NCBI RefSeq assembly: GCF_006345805.1
Contig: NC_043005.1
Location: 310,001-374,000 of the forward strand
Source of the DNA: Octopus sinensis
Taxonomy: Eukaryota
Direction of reading: 5' to 3'
DNA length: 64,000 bases
The notes under the pieces were generated by a model. The model saw only the letters and a program-made list of their open reading frames with translations, searched no databases and was not told the origin of the DNA. Made by a program: the position numbers and the translations under genes. Shown piece after piece: positions 46,591-60,960 of this stretch. The stretch's first letter is position 1, and each line of letters starts with the position of its first letter.

Positions 46591-49535
46591 ACATCAGAGG
46601 ACTACTAACACACAGTAACAGGACAAAAGTCCCGTTCTTGAGAGACTTTGTTGCATGCAATCAAGCCTTATGCATAGCACTTACGGAAACACACCTGAAA
46701 CCGGACATAGCGGATGCGGAATTACACATACCACAGTATGTTGTACTACGGACCGACAGAAAAGAAAGGAGTCATGGAGGAGTTGCTATGTACATCCGTG
46801 AGGACCTCACACCCCAGGTCCTTTTGTCATACTCAAACTCGGTGTGTGACACACTAATTGTACATGTAAGGCAACTTGGTGTAGTTGTGTGTGCTACATA
46901 TCGCCCTCCAGATGTCCCAAGCCATATGGGCAAGTTTGAGGACTGCCTTATAAAAATAGAAGAAGTTCTAGTCACACTAGAACAGCACATAAGTGTACTT
47001 CTCATGGGAGACTTCAACCTACTCAATGTCAGATGGCCCGAGGGCTTTTCTCTCCCAGGAATGACACGATGTGAACGGGGACAGGCGAGGTCCCTCCTGA
47101 ACCTCATCAACACCCTGTACATGGAGCAAGTAATACTCCAACCAACCAGGGCAGGTAACACACTGGATCTCTGCTTCACAAATAATATGGATCTCATCCA
47201 TAATGTGAAAGTGACACCGACACTACTCTCGGATCACAATATGGTAGAGCTGACCATGTACGGGCCAAAGGAAAGCATGGGCATGCAGCCTACAAGAAAC
47301 TCTCAGAATCTTTCCAGCTTGAACTTCAATAAGGCAAACTGGAAACAAATTGAGAAAGAGATCCTCAAACAAAACTGGCCTGAATGTCTCTCCTCGCCGG
47401 ACATCGACATGAAACTTCAACAATTCATGTCTGTAATGCAAGCCATATGCTACAAGTGTGTCCCAGAGAGAAAGGCCACTGTACACAAGAACAAAATCCC
47501 CAGAGAGAGGAAAATTTTAATGAGACGGCGTACAAAAATTTCAAATCGCCTAAACAAAAAATTGAAAGCAGTGAAAAGTCCCGCCTGAAAATAAAACTAT
47601 TGGAAATTGAGAAATGTCTGCAACTCTCCCATGAAAAGGAAAGAGCAGACAAAGAAGCCTGGGCTATAGACAACATAAAAACAAACCCCAGAGCTTTCTA
47701 CAGGTATGCCAAAGAAACAGCTACGGTGCACTGTAGGATAGGGCCACTCCTTGAAAAGGATGGCACACTCACAGGAAAACCAATGAGGGTAAGTGAAATA
47801 CTGAATGAGCAATTCAAGAGTGTTTTCACTCCACCCCTTGGGCATTTCCAAATCAGCAATCCAACTGACTTCTTTACCACTGCAGGTATAAAATCAGAGG
47901 CGGCGACGATAAATTACATCGATATAAAGGAAGACGATGTAATAAGGCTATAGATGAAATGAAAACAGACTCAGCTACTGGCCCCGATGGATTCCCGGCA
48001 ATCCTCCTAAAAGTATGTAAGAGAGTCCTAGCAAGACCACTGCAGTTCCTCTTTCAGAGCTTCCTTGCAGCTGGCAAACTTCCAAGAAAACTGAAGGAAG
48101 GTAAAATATGCCCTATTCATAAAGGAGGTAGCAGAGCGGAGGCCAAGAACTACAGACCTATCTCTCTCACCTCACACATCAGCAAGGTCATGGAACGAAT
48201 AGTCAGAAGGAAACTAATCACCTTCCTTGAAGAAAATGACTTGCTGCCTGACACCCAACATGGTTTCCGACCAGGAAGAGCTGCTTAACTCAGCTCCTAC
48301 AACACTATGACTGGGTGCTGAAACAACTGCTCAACCACTCAAATGTGGAAGTCATATATCTCGACTTTGCAAAGGCCTTTGATAATTTCGATCATGGAAT
48401 GATATGTCACAAACTGCGTGATCTTGGCATAGTTGGAAAATTGGGAGAATGGCTTCATGACTTTCTGAAGAATAGAAGTCAGGTGGTAACAGCCAATGGG
48501 GCCACTTCCATTAACACGCAAATAATGAGCGGTGTTCCGCAGGGCACTGTTTTGGGACCACTACTGTTCATAATGGCCCTCACAGACATGCCCTCAGCCA
48601 CGCAGAGAGCTACGATCACAAGTTATGCAGATGATACAAAAGTTTCACAGGCAATACAGAACCCTGAGGACACTAAGCACCTGCAATGTGAGCTGGACGA
48701 AATATACAAGTGGGCTGAAAAGAATAGCATGCAGTTCAATGCTGAAAAGTTTCAAGCTTTATACTATCAGCATGCAAAACTGAATGCAATACCCAATGAA
48801 TACACTGGACCCGGAGGGATTGCAATCCCAGAGGCACAATCAGTGCGTGACCTGGGTATTCACATGAGTGATGACGCGACCTTTCATGTACATGTTGCTA
48901 AACTGGCAATGAAATGTAGACGGCTGGCTGGATGGATTCTTAGAACCTTCAGAACAAGAGAACAAGAAACCATGATGGTCCTCTGGAAGACACTTGTCCT
49001 AAGCCACTTTGACTATTGCTCTCAGCTATGGTCACGATCCAGTGTCAAGATGATCACAGAACTTGAGGCGATCCAACGAAGCTACACGAAGAAGATAGCC
49101 TCTGTGCAGCATATGAGCTACTGGGAAAGACTCAAGAGATTAAAGCTCTATTCGCTGGAGCGTAGGCGAGAAAGATATGCCATAATATACATCTGGAAGA
49201 TCCTAGAAGGACTTGTCCCAAACTTTGGCATCGAGAGTCACACAAATGCCAGAACCGGGCGCCATTGCGTAATACCAAGGACTCCAAATTTGCCATCAAG
49301 ATGTAGGACAAGATATTGTGATAGCCTGGGCTTCAGAGGCCCACAGCTCGTCAATATCCTCCCAAAGAACCTGAGGGACCTGCATGGTGTAGATGCGGAT
49401 GTCTTTAAAGTAGGACTGGACCTCTTCCTGTCAGGTGCCCCGGATGAACCAACTTCACGGCAGGAGGTGCAGATGAGGGCAGCTGCATCGAACTCTCTCA
49501 TGCATCAGATGGCGTTTGCTAAAAAGCATCCGTGA
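46428..49535 (+). CDS. LINE C ORF2 (APE + RT), with three apparent single-base frameshifts
   Basis: [43 protein letters not shown]. The breaks near 47560, 47945 and 48277 all fall in A runs. Confidence 0.85.
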
Positions 49536-49643
49536 GGTAAAATCGTGTAGCAAACAATATGGCGGTGCCCCAGCATGGCCACAGCTCATTAGCTGAAACT
49601 GGAAGAATCAAAATCAAATCATATATATATATATATTTATATA

Positions 49644-49710
<67 letters not shown>

Positions 49711-49714
<4 letters not shown>

Positions 49715-49943
49715 GGGGGGAGTGCCTGTCTATCTGTCTCTGTTTATCTCCACCTCTCATCGATTGATAACTGAAGCTGATGTGTTTACATCCCTGTCAC
49801 GTAGCGGTTCGCCAAAAGAATCTGATGGAATAAGTACTATGCTTACCAATAATAAGTCTTGGCGTCTATTTGTTCGCCTATGTGCGGTGCCACAGCATGG
49901 CCGTAGTCAAGTTACTGAGAAAAGTAAAAGAATAAAAGGATAT

Positions 49944-50003
<60 letters not shown>

Positions 50004-50245
50004 ACACACATACATATATATATATATTTGTATTTCTGTCTGTGTGTTTGTCCCCCACCTTCACTTCAGAACCGTTGTTGGTGTTTCTACTTCCCCGTAA
50101 ATTAGCGGTTCGGCTAAACAGATCGAGAGAATAAGAACTAGGCCTACAGAGAATAAATTCTGGCTTCTATTTCTTCGTCTAAAAGCAGTGCTCCTGCATG
50201 GCCGCAGTCCGTGATTGTAATAACTGAAACACATAAAAGATTACA

Positions 50246-50279
<34 letters not shown>

Positions 50280-53200
50280 ATGGCGTCATTGTTACTGAAA
50301 TCTTTATATTGATAAACAGGTAAGGAATGTGTGCATACACCCACCCACATACAATGGCTTCGTTGTTATGGAGATCTTTATATTGATAAATCTAATGATC
50401 TCGTTTCATTTGCAAACAGTATAGCTTTCCCTAATCAGGAAGGCTAAACTCTGGAGCTTGACGTTCTGATTGGACCAAGTGGTGTCCTGGTTGTGCATCA
50501 AGCATCAGGTTTAAATTTTATTCATACTTTATTATTTTTGTTTGTTTGTTACTTTGGTCTACGTGTTTTTCAAATCTGGGCTTCGTTTCCGGCCTAGGGT
50601 TACACAATTTCTGCATATTTTCTTTATGAAACTTTACTCCTTTTATTCGTTCCTTTTTTCTTTTTCGTTTTGCTCTCTTCTGTTTTCTATTTTTTCTTTT
50701 TAAGTCTCTTATTCTCTTTGTTTTTTGTTTTTTTGTTTTTACCTGACACACACTTAACCGGTTGAATGGAACTTCTCACAGCATCTTCCGTTTCACTTTC
50801 CGTACCAACTTTCATTCCTGCAATTTATACTATTTCCAGATTAACGTTCTGCTAGGAAACAAAGACGAATTCTCAGAAATTCATTGTCTTCAGCTCCCTA
50901 TCTTCTCAGATTCTCACACATAAACTGCACTGAACTTTATATATTTTTCATTGGCTTTCGTAATTTTATTCACAGTTCTTATTCACATGAAACCGCTTAT
51001 GATTCTACCAATAAATATTTCTGAAAACCCCTCTTTCCTGACGGATGGTTGCGGTCAGCTAAATGTCGTAATCTCTCCGTTTTGTAATCAAATAGAGGAG
51101 ATTCAATTCAAGGGAGACATGTTTTAGTTTCAAATATTTTTGACTTGCAAATTGTTGCATGGAATCCCTTCTCGATGACGCGTACCCTAAAACGCATGGA
51201 TTAAATCAACTCTTCCGTCTTCTTCACTAAGCCTTTCACATAACTAAATCTTTCTTGGTGGAATTTGAATATTTAAACTGAATATAGGACTAGATATTCA
51301 TCTGAGACGCTTGATAGCTTTCCTCTCTGTAGACAGCGTTGTATAATTAACGAGCGGAGAATAACTAGGAAAATACTCCATTCCGTGTTTCCTCCTCTCG
51401 TAATAGAAGCGTCGGGTGGCTGTCATGATACACGGATAGTCTTGGACATTCAAACCATACTGGTTCATGTGTTTCACGAACTCTGACAGAAACAGAATCC
51501 TTGCAGTGAGGAAGAAAAGGAGGCAGAGAGATGAGAATCGGCACAAAGAAGGGAATTAGTAATTTATCGATAATGAAACAGCGAAAGGCATAAGTGGCCT
51601 GAGAGATGAGATTCGGACAAGAATGTAGAGAAAAGGAAAGACTACACAAGAAATTCTGTTGCATGCCAATCCGATGCCAATGTTTGCTAATAGTAATGGT
51701 GCAGTGGAACATAACATATATAGCAGGGTCACTAGCATAGCTGGCGTGGGGCGGTAAGTGTGGTCCGCCAGGGTGGCACTTTTAAAGGGGTCTGGATGCG
51801 GCAAACGTAGGGGCCACCCCGGGCAGCACACATTCTAGCTCCGTTAGTGAGCACGGTGTATACATTTTATTTATATAATAGTAATGGAAGCACTTGAGTT
51901 TAGAAAGTAATCCGTGCTCCGTGTGGCAGATCTGATCCTAATAAAGCGGTAATTACGAAAGGTCTGTATTTCTAGGAACAATGGAGGCAGTTCTGAGAAT
52001 CTGGCTCCGAAATATCGTTTGCCGTGTGTTGGGAGAAACTGTTGAAAAGTTTCGACTCACTCGCAAAGGAAAGAATTTATGTGAAAGAAGCGCAACTATT
52101 TGTATAGACATAAAAATCAATAATAATTTATAAGCTAGGCAAAGAATGCCTACAGAAATAAACACACATGGGGAGCGCCCTGTATTGAGCCTCTTTATGT
52201 TGAAGCATCTGCAGACGTATGACAAGTGGTGAAACATCATTTCACTATGGCAATATGAAATGGAAATATTTATCGACTTCCTACACACACAGTAGTAAAA
52301 CTCATGATCTCAGGAACGACTCGTTGCAAACAAACACAGGTGGAGTCACCTGCTCTACCTCACCAATGCCTTAGTCAAGGAACAAGTTATACTCAGACCA
52401 ACTAGGGAAAATAACATTTTGGATCTCTGCTTCACAATCAATATAGACATCATTCATGATGTGAAAGTTACGCCGACATTAGTCTCGGATCACAACATAA
52501 TAGAGCTTTCTATATTTGGGCCGAAAGTAGCCAGAGGCATACAGCCAAAAGGAAGCACCCGAAATCTCTCCAATCGGAACTTCCACAAAGTAGACTGGAA
52601 ACCGATCCAAAAAGAGATCCGCAGACAACTGTCCGAAATGTCTCTCGGCACCAGACGTTGGCATGAAACTAGAATATTTCATGTCTGTTATGCAAGCCAT
52701 ATGCCAGAAATATGTTCCAGAGCACAAGGCCACAACAAATAGGAACAAGATTCCAAAGGAGAGGAAGATTCTCATGAGACGACGGACGAAGGTTGCAAAT
52801 CGCCTCAACCAACATGCCAAAAGTAGTGAAAGGTCCCGCCTAAAAACAACACTGATGTAGATTGGAAAAAGCTTGCAACAATTTTATGAGAGGGAGAGAG
52901 CAGACAAAGAAGCCTGGGTTAGTAAAAACATTAAGTGAAATCCAAAGACCTTCTTTCATTACGCCACAGAAACAGCATCAATACACCGCAAGATAGGATC
53001 CCTCTTCCTAAAGGATGGCACCCTCACAGAAAGCCCAACCAGGATCAGTGAGGTACTGAATGACCAATTCAAAAGTGTCTTTATCACTCCGTTGGAACAC
53101 AGACAAGTGAATCAACCGGTGGACTTTTTTTGCCGCCTCACCTATAACCAGCGAGGCAATTACGTTGGGATACATCGACATCAGCGAAGAAGATTTACTA

Positions 53201-55228
53201 ACCATAGATGAAGTGGACGCAAATTCAACTGATTGTCCTGATGGTTTACCAGCAATCCTCCTCAAATCGTGTAAGCATGCCCTGGCAAAACCCCTCCAGA
53301 TTTTCTTCCAGAGCTTTCTTGCAAATGGCAGACTGCCAAGCAAGCTGAAGGAGGGAATAATATGCCCAGTCAACAAAGGAAGCAGAGCAGATGCCAAAAC
53401 TATTGGCATATCTCTCTGACTTCACACATCAGCAAAGTCATGGAACAGATCGTCAGAGGGAAACCAATTGCATACCTTGAAGAAAATGATTTATTGAGTG
53501 ATACCCAGCATGACTTTCGAACAGGTAGGAGCTGCCTGACCCAGCTCTTACAACATTATGAATTGGTGTCGAGGCAGTTACTCAACAACTCAAATGTGGA
53601 CATAACATACCTTGATGTCGCAAAAGCTGTTGATTAGGGTATAATATGCAACAAACTGCGAATTCTCGGCATAGCTGGAAAACTTGTAGAGTGGTTACAT
53701 GACTTTCTGAAAGATAGAAGTCAGGAAGTAGTGGCCAATAGCGCCTCCTCAACGAAACACAAATAGTGAGCGGTGTTCCACAGGGCACTGTCTTGGCACT
53801 GCTGCTTTTCATAGTGGCCCTCTTAGATATGCCCTCAACTGCCCGGATAGCTACCCTTGCAAGGTACGCAGACGATACGAATGTCTCGTAGAAAATACAG
53901 AAGCCCAGCAATGTTGCACACCTGCAGCAGGAGATGACCTCAATTTACAGATGGGCTGAGGATAATAATATGCAGTTAAATGCTGAAAAATTCCAAGCCC
54001 TGCGCTACCAGCATCCAAAACTGAATATGAAACTTACAGGGTACACTGGTCCACAGGGAATTTCAATCCCAGAGCCTAAGTCAATGAAGGACCTGGGTAT
54101 CGACACGTGTGATGATACCGGTTTTCAAGGCACATTACCAGGATGGTGACAAAGTGCAGGCGACTGACTCGATGGATCCTGAGAATATTCAGAACGAGGG
54201 AGAAGGAAACCATGATGGTCCTCTGGAGGACATTCTTCTCCAGCCGCATAGATTCCTGCTTCCAGCTATGGTCACCCAACAGTGTAAAATTAACAGCGGA
54301 CCTTGAAGCAATCCAGCGAAGCTTCACAAAGAATATGGTCTCATTGCAACAGCTCAGCTAATTGGAAAGGCTGCAACAGCTAAGACTCTACTCCCTGAAG
54401 CTAAGGCGGGAGAGGTATGCAGTAATATATACATCTGGAAGATCCTGGAAGGAATTGTGCCAAATTTTGGCATTGGAAGCTACATCAATGCAAAGAACGG
54501 GTCGACACTGTACAGTGCCAAATATCCCAGCAATGCCATCGAGCTTCAGGACCAGTTACTGCAACAACCTGTGTTTCGGGGGCCCACATCTTCTTTAATA
54601 TTCTCCCAAAGTACCCGAGGAATCTGCACAAAGTAAATGTAGGCGTTTTTCAATCAAAGCTGGACGTCTTCCTGTCGAGAGTCCCAAATGAACGTACCTC
54701 AAGGCAAGAGGTGCAAATGAGGGTAGCTATATCAAACTCCATTCTAAACCAAGTGGCATATATTAGAGGAGGATCTCAGTAATCAGTGTAGCAAAACAGC
54801 GGTGCTCCAACATGGCCACAGCAATGAGCTGAAATTATAAAAATGTATGTACATATTTTATATATGTATATATATATATATGTATGTATAAAAGCGCATG
54901 GCTCAGTGGTTAGAGCGTCGAGCTTACGATCGTGAGGTTGGGAGCTCGAATCCCGGACCGGGCTGCGTGTTGTGTTCTTGAGCAAGGCACTTTATTTCAC
55001 GTTGCTCCAGTTCACTCAGCTGTAGAAATGAGTTGCGACGTCACTGGTGCCAAGCTGTATCGACCTTTGTCTTTCCCTTGGATAACATTGGTGGCGTGGA
55101 GAGGGGAGGCTGGTATGCATGGGCGACTGCTGGTCTTCCGTAAACAACCTTGCCCGGACTTGTGTCTAGGAGGGCAACAGTCTAGGTGCAATCCCATGGT
55201 CATTCATGACCGAAGGGGGTCTTTACCC

Positions 55229-55233
<5 letters not shown>
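49711..55233 (+). repeat. Tandem macro-repeat unit, copy 3
   Basis: Co-linear with copy 1 over its whole length. Confidence 0.95.
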
Positions 55234-55278
<45 letters not shown>

Positions 55279-55352
55279 AATACTTATATATATATATATA
55301 TGTATATACATATATATATTTATATATATATGTATATACATATATATATATA

Positions 55353-56985
<1,633 letters not shown>

Positions 56986-57067
56986 ATGTATGTATGTATA
57001 TACATAAGGTTAATCCAAACGAGAAAACAGAAAAAGACAACAACACAAAGAGGTGGAACAATTAAAG

Positions 57068-57104
<37 letters not shown>

Positions 57105-57136
57105 CATACATACATATATATATGTATATATATATG

Positions 57137-57185
<49 letters not shown>

Positions 57186-57440
57186 GACCGGGGGGAGTGT
57201 CTGTCTATCTGTCTCTGTTTATCTCCACCTCTCATCGATTGATAATGAAGCTGATGTGTTTACATCCCTGTCACGTAGCGGTTCGCCAAAAGAATCTGCT
57301 GGAATAAGTACTATGCCTACCAAGAATAAGTCTTGGCGTCTATTTGTTCGCCTATGTGCGGTGCCTCAGCATGGCCGTAGTCAAGTTACTGAGAAAAGTA
57401 AAAGAATAAAAGAATATATTCACACACACACACACACACA

Positions 57441-57507
<67 letters not shown>

Positions 57508-60500
57508 GTATATATTTGTATTTCTGTCTGTGTGTTTGTACCCCACTTTCACTTCAGAACTGAAATCTTTATATTCATAAATCTAAAGATCTCGTTGCAT
57601 TTGCAAACAGTATAGCTTTCACTAATCAGGAATCTTTATATTGATAAACAGGTAAGGAATGTGTGCATACACCCACCCACATACAATGGCTTCGTTGTTA
57701 CGGAGATCTTTATATTGATAGATCTAAAGATCTCGTTACATTTGCAAACAGTATAGCTTTCACTAATCAGGAAGGCTAAACTCTGGAGCTTGACGTTCTG
57801 ATTGGACCAAGTGGTGTCCTGGTTGTGCATCAAGCATCAGGTTTAAATTTTATTCATGCTTTATTATTTTTGTTTGTTTGTTACTTTGGTCTACGTGTTT
57901 TTCAAATCTGGGCTTCGTTTCCGGCCTAGGGTTATACAATTTCAGCATATTTTCTTTATGAAACTGTACTGCTTTTATTCGTTCCTTTTTTGTTTTTTCT
58001 CTTTCGTTTTGCTCTCTTCTGTTTTCTATTTTTTCTTTTTCAGTCTCTTATTCTCTTTGTTTTTGTTTTTGTTTTGTTTTTAACCTCACACACACTTAAC
58101 CGGTTGAATGGAACTTCTCACAGCATCTTCCGTTTCACTTTCCGTACCAACTTTCATTCCTGCAATTTATACTATTTCCAAATTAACGTTCTGCTAAAAA
58201 ACAAAGACGAATTCTCAGAAATTCATTGTCTTCAGCTCCCTATCTTCTCAGATTCTCACACATAAACTGCACTGAACTTTATATATTTTTCATTGGCTTT
58301 CGTAATTTTATTCACAGTTCTTATTCACATGAAACCTCTTATGATTCTACCAATAAATATTTATGAAAACCCCTTTTTCGTAACGGATGGTTTCGGTCAG
58401 CTAAATGTCGTAATCTCTCCGTTTTGTAATCAAATAGAGGAGATACAATTCAAGGGAGACATGTTTTAGTTTCAAATATTCTTCACTTGCAAATTGTTGC
58501 ATGGAATCCCTTCTCGATGACGCGTACCCTAAAACGCATGGATTAAATCAACTCTTCCGTCTTCTTCACTAAGCCTTTCACATAACTAAATCTTTCTTGG
58601 TGGAATTTGAATATTTAAATGAATATAGGACTAGATATTCATATGAGACGCTTGATAGCTTTCCTCTTTGTAGACAGCGTTGTATAATTAACGAGCGGAG
58701 AATAACTCGGGCAATACTCCATTCCGTGTGTCCTCCTCTCGTAATAGAAGCGTCGGGTGGCTGTCATGATACACGGATAGTCTTGGACATTCAAACCATG
58801 CTGGTTCTTGTGTTTCACGAGCTCTGACAGAAACAGAATCCTTGCAGTGAGGAAGAAAAGGAGGCAGAGAGATGAGAATCGGCACAAAGAAGGGAATTAG
58901 TAATTTATCGATAATGAAACAGCGAAAGGCATAAGTGGCCTGAGAGATGGGATTCGGACAAGAATGTAGAGAAAATGAAAGACTACACAAGAAATTCTGT
59001 TGCATGCCAATCCGATGCCAATGTTTGCTAATAGTAATGGTGCAGTGGAACATAACATATATAGCAGGGTCACTAGCATAGCTGGCGTAGGGCGGTAGGT
59101 TTGGTCCGCCAGGGCGGCACTTTTAAAGGGGTCTGGATGCGGCAAACGTAGGGGCCACCGCGGGCGGCACACATTCTAGCTCCGTTAGTGAGCACGGTGT
59201 ATACATTTCTTTTATACAATAGTAATGGAAGCACTTGAGTGGAGAAAGTAATCCGTGCTCCGTGTGGCAGAACTGATCCAAATAAAGCGGTAATTACGAA
59301 AGGTCTGTATTTCTAGGAACAATGGAGGCAGTTCTGAGAAACTGGCTCCGAAATATCGTTTGCCGTGTGTTGGGAGAAACTGTTGAAAGTTTCGACTCAC
59401 TCGCATAGGAAAGAATTTATGTGAGAGAAGCGCAACTATTTGTATAGACATAAGAATCAATAATAATTTATAAGCTAGGCAAAGAATGCTTTCAGAAATA
59501 AACACAAATGGGGAGCGCCCTGTATTGAGCCTCTTTATGTCGAAGCATCTGCAGACGTATGACAAGTGGTGAAACATCATTTCACTATGGCAATATGAAA
59601 TGGAAATATTTATCGACTTCCTACACACACTGTAATAAGACTCATGCTCTCAGGAACGACTCATTGCAAACAAACACAGGTGGAGTCACCTGCTCTACCT
59701 CACCAATGCCCTAGTCATGGAACAAGTTGTACTCAGACCAACTAGGGAAAATAACATTTTGGATCTCTGCTTCACAAACAATATAGACATCATTCATGAT
59801 GTGAAAGTAACGCCGACAGTAGTCTCGGATCACAACATAATAGAGCTTTCTATGTTTGGGCCGAAAGTAGCCAGAGGCATACAGCCAAAAGGAAGCACCC
59901 GAAATCTCTCCAATCGGAACTTCCACAAAGTAGACTGGAAACCGATCCAAAAAGAGATCCGCAGACAACTGTCCGAAATGTCTCTCCACACCAGACATTG
60001 GCATGAAACTAGAATATTTCATGTCTGTTATGCAAGCCATATGCCAGAAATATGTTCCAGAGCACAAGGCCACAACAAATAGGAACAAGATTCCAAAGGA
60101 GAGGAAGATTCTCATGAGATTCTCAAATCGCCTCAACCAACATGCCAAAAGTAGTGAAAGGTCCCGCCTAAAAACAACACTGATGTAGATTGGAAAAAGC
60201 TTGAAACAATTTTATGGGAGGGAGAGAGTAGACAACGAAGCCTGGGTTAGTAAAAACATTAAGTGAAATCCAAAGGCCTTCTTTCATTACGCCACAGAAA
60301 CAGAATCAATACACCGCAAGATAGGATCCCTCTTCCAAAAGGATGGCACCCTCGCATATAGTCCAACCAGGAACAGTGAGGTACTGAATGAGCAATTCAA
60401 AAATGTCTTTATCACTCCGTTGGGACACAGACAAGTGAATCAACCGGTGGACTTTGTTTGCCGCCTCACCTATAACCAGCGAGGCAATTACGATGGAATA

Positions 60501-60938
60501 CATCGACATTAGCGAAGAAGATTTACTAACCATAGATGAAGTGGACGCAAACTCAACGGATGGTCCTGATGGTTTACCAGCAATCCTCCTCAAATCGTGT
60601 ATCCATGCCCTGGCAAAACCCCTCCAGATTTTCTTCCAGAGCTTTCTTGCAAATGGCAGACTGCCAAGCAAGCTGAAGGAGGTAATAATATGCCCAGTCA
60701 ACAAAGGAAGCAGAGCAGATGCCAAAAACTATTGGCATATCTCTCTGACTTCACACATCAGCAAAGTCAAGGAACAGATCGTCAGAGGGAAACCAATTGC
60801 ATACCTTGAAGAAAATGATTTATTGAGTGATACCCAGCATGACTTTCGAACAGGTAGGAGCTGCCTGACCCAGCTCTTACAACATTATGACTTGTTGTTG
60901 AGGCAGTTACTCAACTAACTCAAATGTGGACGTAACAT
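57186..60938 (+). repeat. Tandem macro-repeat unit, copy 4 (truncated within LINE A)
   Basis: Co-linear with copy 1 up to ...GTGGACGTAACAT, with a local rearrangement near 57560-57640. Confidence 0.93.
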
Positions 60939-60960
60939 TTATATATACAAATATATATAT

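Larger units (their letters stand above)
44453..49620 (+). mobile_element. Full-length APE-RT LINE, family C (CR1/L2 group)
   Basis: Long leader with minisatellite, ORF1, overlapping ORF2, 3' stem-loops and (AAATC)n-like tail; flanked by (TA)n. Confidence 0.9.
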
